DNA from: Podarcis bocagei
Lineage: Eukaryota
Strand: one strand, 5' to 3'
DNA length: 64,000 nt
Assembly (NCBI GenBank): GCA_964188305.1
Contig: OZ076898.1
The notes beneath the pieces are model-generated. The model saw nothing but the letters and a program-made list of their open reading frames with translations, was not told the origin of the DNA and made no database searches. Positions 61,525 through 64,000 of the stretch are shown here, piece by piece. The position numbers and the translations under genes are program-made. The stretch's first letter is position 1, and the number at the start of each line of letters is the position of its first letter.

Positions 61525-62748
61525 CCCCTACATCCATTTTAAAAACGATTTTAATGATTTCTAACTAATATGCTTTTATTGTTACTTTATTATATTCATG
61601 TAAATCACTATTAAGTGAAGGGAGGAGCACTATATAAGTAAATTATTATAATCATTTTATTTCTTTTTGTACCAAATGTTTCCTTAACAATGGCTTTCTT
61701 AATATACAGATCTTAGCTATTTAGCAGCTCTCTCTTTTTAACTTGTGAAGGAGTTTCTGCAGACGGCGCTTTTCAACTAGCTTGCTAATCAATGTTACCT
61801 AAAGCAGGGTTATCCAGATGCTGTTAGACTCCACATACTATCAACCGCAGCCAATATGGTGTATAGTATGGGATGGTGGGAGTTTGCTTTCATATTGCTT
61901 CCACACTAGCTGTTGTGTGTGCAATTGCAACCAGTAATTAAAGCCTCCTCCTTACGGAAACAGGAACTAATATAAAAGGCAATTTATTGTTAATGCCATG
62001 ACCACACTAAACAGAAGACAATTTAAAAAGGAGGAGGAAGCTGTTAATGAAAGTTGCAGGAGAATTTTGCTTAATGGGCTTAAGGAATATTCATGGTGTG
62101 GCAGTCGTTGGCATGGATGTGTCACACTTGGGAATGATTTAGGCAGAGATGACGCTTTAGACTGGAGACAGTGCTAGGGCATCTTGCAGAGGACGTTAGG
62201 GCAAATAATTTGGGGTAGTGTTAAATTCATTTTGGGGTGCAGAGATGTGCAGACTCCTTATTCAGGCTGCTCAGATAGCTCTGTGTTATGTAAGGAAATG
62301 GGAACCAGGAATCAACATCAGCCTCCTGGGGAAGCCTGAAATAATATGAAGCTGACTAAGACATACACAAATGTGGTGGGGGTGGGAGAAAGATTAAAAT
62401 TCAAAACAAGAGGGAGAAAAACTAGTTTGACTATTGAATCTTCCCATCTATGGTTGCCTAGTGATAAGCCCCATGCTTGCTTCTCTCTTTAGATGAGAAG
62501 CTCTGAGCCCTGAGCAATTTTTTAATTTTCTACATGATCTCCTTTACTCTCTTCCCTGTTTTGTGTCTTACCCCCTGTTCCCTTTTCAATATCTCACACA
62601 AAAGAAGTAGACCTACTTTTTTGCATGTACCGTTGCTGAGATTTGTGTTCTCCCTGCTCTGCCGTTACTCATTTCAACAAATTTAGGTAATCTAAAATTG
62701 ACCACACTAATTTGAGGGTTTCTTATCCTAATGTCCCTTACATCCAAA

Positions 62749-63111
62749 CAGGGACGCGGACTTAGAAAAAATATTGGGGGGGCCCGGGAAAGCTCATGAA
62801 TAATAAATAAGCTCATGAATATGCAAATAAAGTGGCTCCGGCCCTAAATAGGGCAAGCCACGCCCCCCAGCCAGCCGATTGGCTGGCTGGGAGGTGTGGC
62901 CAGTCGGGATTCCCCTGTTCTCGCGGGATTTCCGGCCGGGGCTCTCCGATTAGGGCGCGCGGCTGGCTGGCTGGCGAAGGAGGAGGCGGGGGACGGCGGC
63001 GGCGCTCTGCTGGAAGGGCGCCCGCCCGAGATTATTGGGGGGGCTGAGCCCCCCCAAAATTTTTTTGAGGGGGCTCGAGCCCCCTCAAGCCCCATGGAGT
63101 CGGCGCCTATG
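62749..63111. mobile_element. hAT-type MITE, CpG-rich and young; related to 42632-42877
   Basis: Perfect 8-bp TSD CATCCAAA; imperfect TIRs CAGGGACGCGGAC / GTCGGCGCCTATG. Confidence 0.78.
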
Positions 63112-64000
63112 CATCCAAATAATAATGCTTTCCTGCCCTCCTCCTCGTGTGGGCCTTCTATTCTGTATCACAGCCAGGACTCCATTGGGGGCATATGGCA
63201 CACCCTAAATTTTGAGCAAGAGAAAGCAACTGGGGAAGGGGGCTGGCATAAGCTCCTGAGCCACAAAAGCACAAGAGTTTAGCTGTGGGAATCCTGTCAC
63301 TGAAATGGAAGGTGAAACCTCCTTGAAAAACTACCAGACTATTAATGCATGCATTTAGGCAGAGACAGGCACCTTTTCTTTTCATTAGCACCCTAATGAA
63401 AAACTCTTGAAGGCTTCATTCAAATAGTGAGTGGGAGCAGACTTGCAGACAATCACGCACTTTTAATGCACACACACACACACAGCTATCATTTCCATCC
63501 ATAATGCACAGACCATACAATAAAAGGAAAATAACATAGCTTTAAAAGACAAAAATTCACTTGCATATCTTAATTAGCCCTCAAAGGCCATGATAAAAAT
63601 TAAGCTTCTAAGACACTGTTTAAAATTAACGAGGAATGAGGCATCTCTGATTTGAAATCAAATTTGTTAAGTGGGGTAGGAGTCACTGCTGAAAAGGCCC
63701 TGTAATTCTTGGTAACTGAAGTTTCATCCTCCATTTTCTCCATAGACATTTTAAAAAACATTTCTAAGTGTGTTATAAAAACACCTGCATCTCTCCCGAC
63801 TGTGCAAAAAGAGCTCAGCAATCCAAGGAGAAGAATGCAGACATGAACGCACAGCTGAACTACAAACTCTGCCTTATAGCTGTTCAAAGCCCCAAATTCC
63901 AAAATGCCATTGCATCCTGAAGATTACATGTGTGTAATCTCCAACATGCATGGATGATTTTTTGCCTATCTGTAAACTGCAGACATCATGCAACTGGAGT

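Overview
Vertebrate DNA from a squamate reptile (Sauria SINE, L2 and Tigger/hAT repeats suggest a lacertid lizard). The window lies inside SKAP1 on the + strand. It contains four PH-domain exons, the YDDI/YEVL linker exon and a probable next exon; the N-terminal and SH3 exons fall outside. The rest is intron: mostly transposons, several CNE-like non-repetitive blocks and two assembly gaps. The main feature is a complete, very young sushi/chromovirus-type Ty3/Gypsy element (1207-7766, - strand; 756-bp LTRs that look identical; CCATG TSD). It has (i) an 11-nt Tf1-type self-priming signal instead of a tRNA PBS, (ii) a PEG10-type GGGAAAC -1 frameshift with a downstream stem, (iii) a chromodomain lacking its aromatic cage followed by an FxGF-acidic motif, and (iv) a pol ORF that reads through the PPT and all of U3, adding about 370 aa. 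Two older solo LTRs (34501-35674, 52281-52890) keep an acidic open frame in the same phase from the LTR start, and one shares a peptide motif, which suggests protein-coding U3 is a trait of this lineage. All calls were made by eye; no database searches were run.
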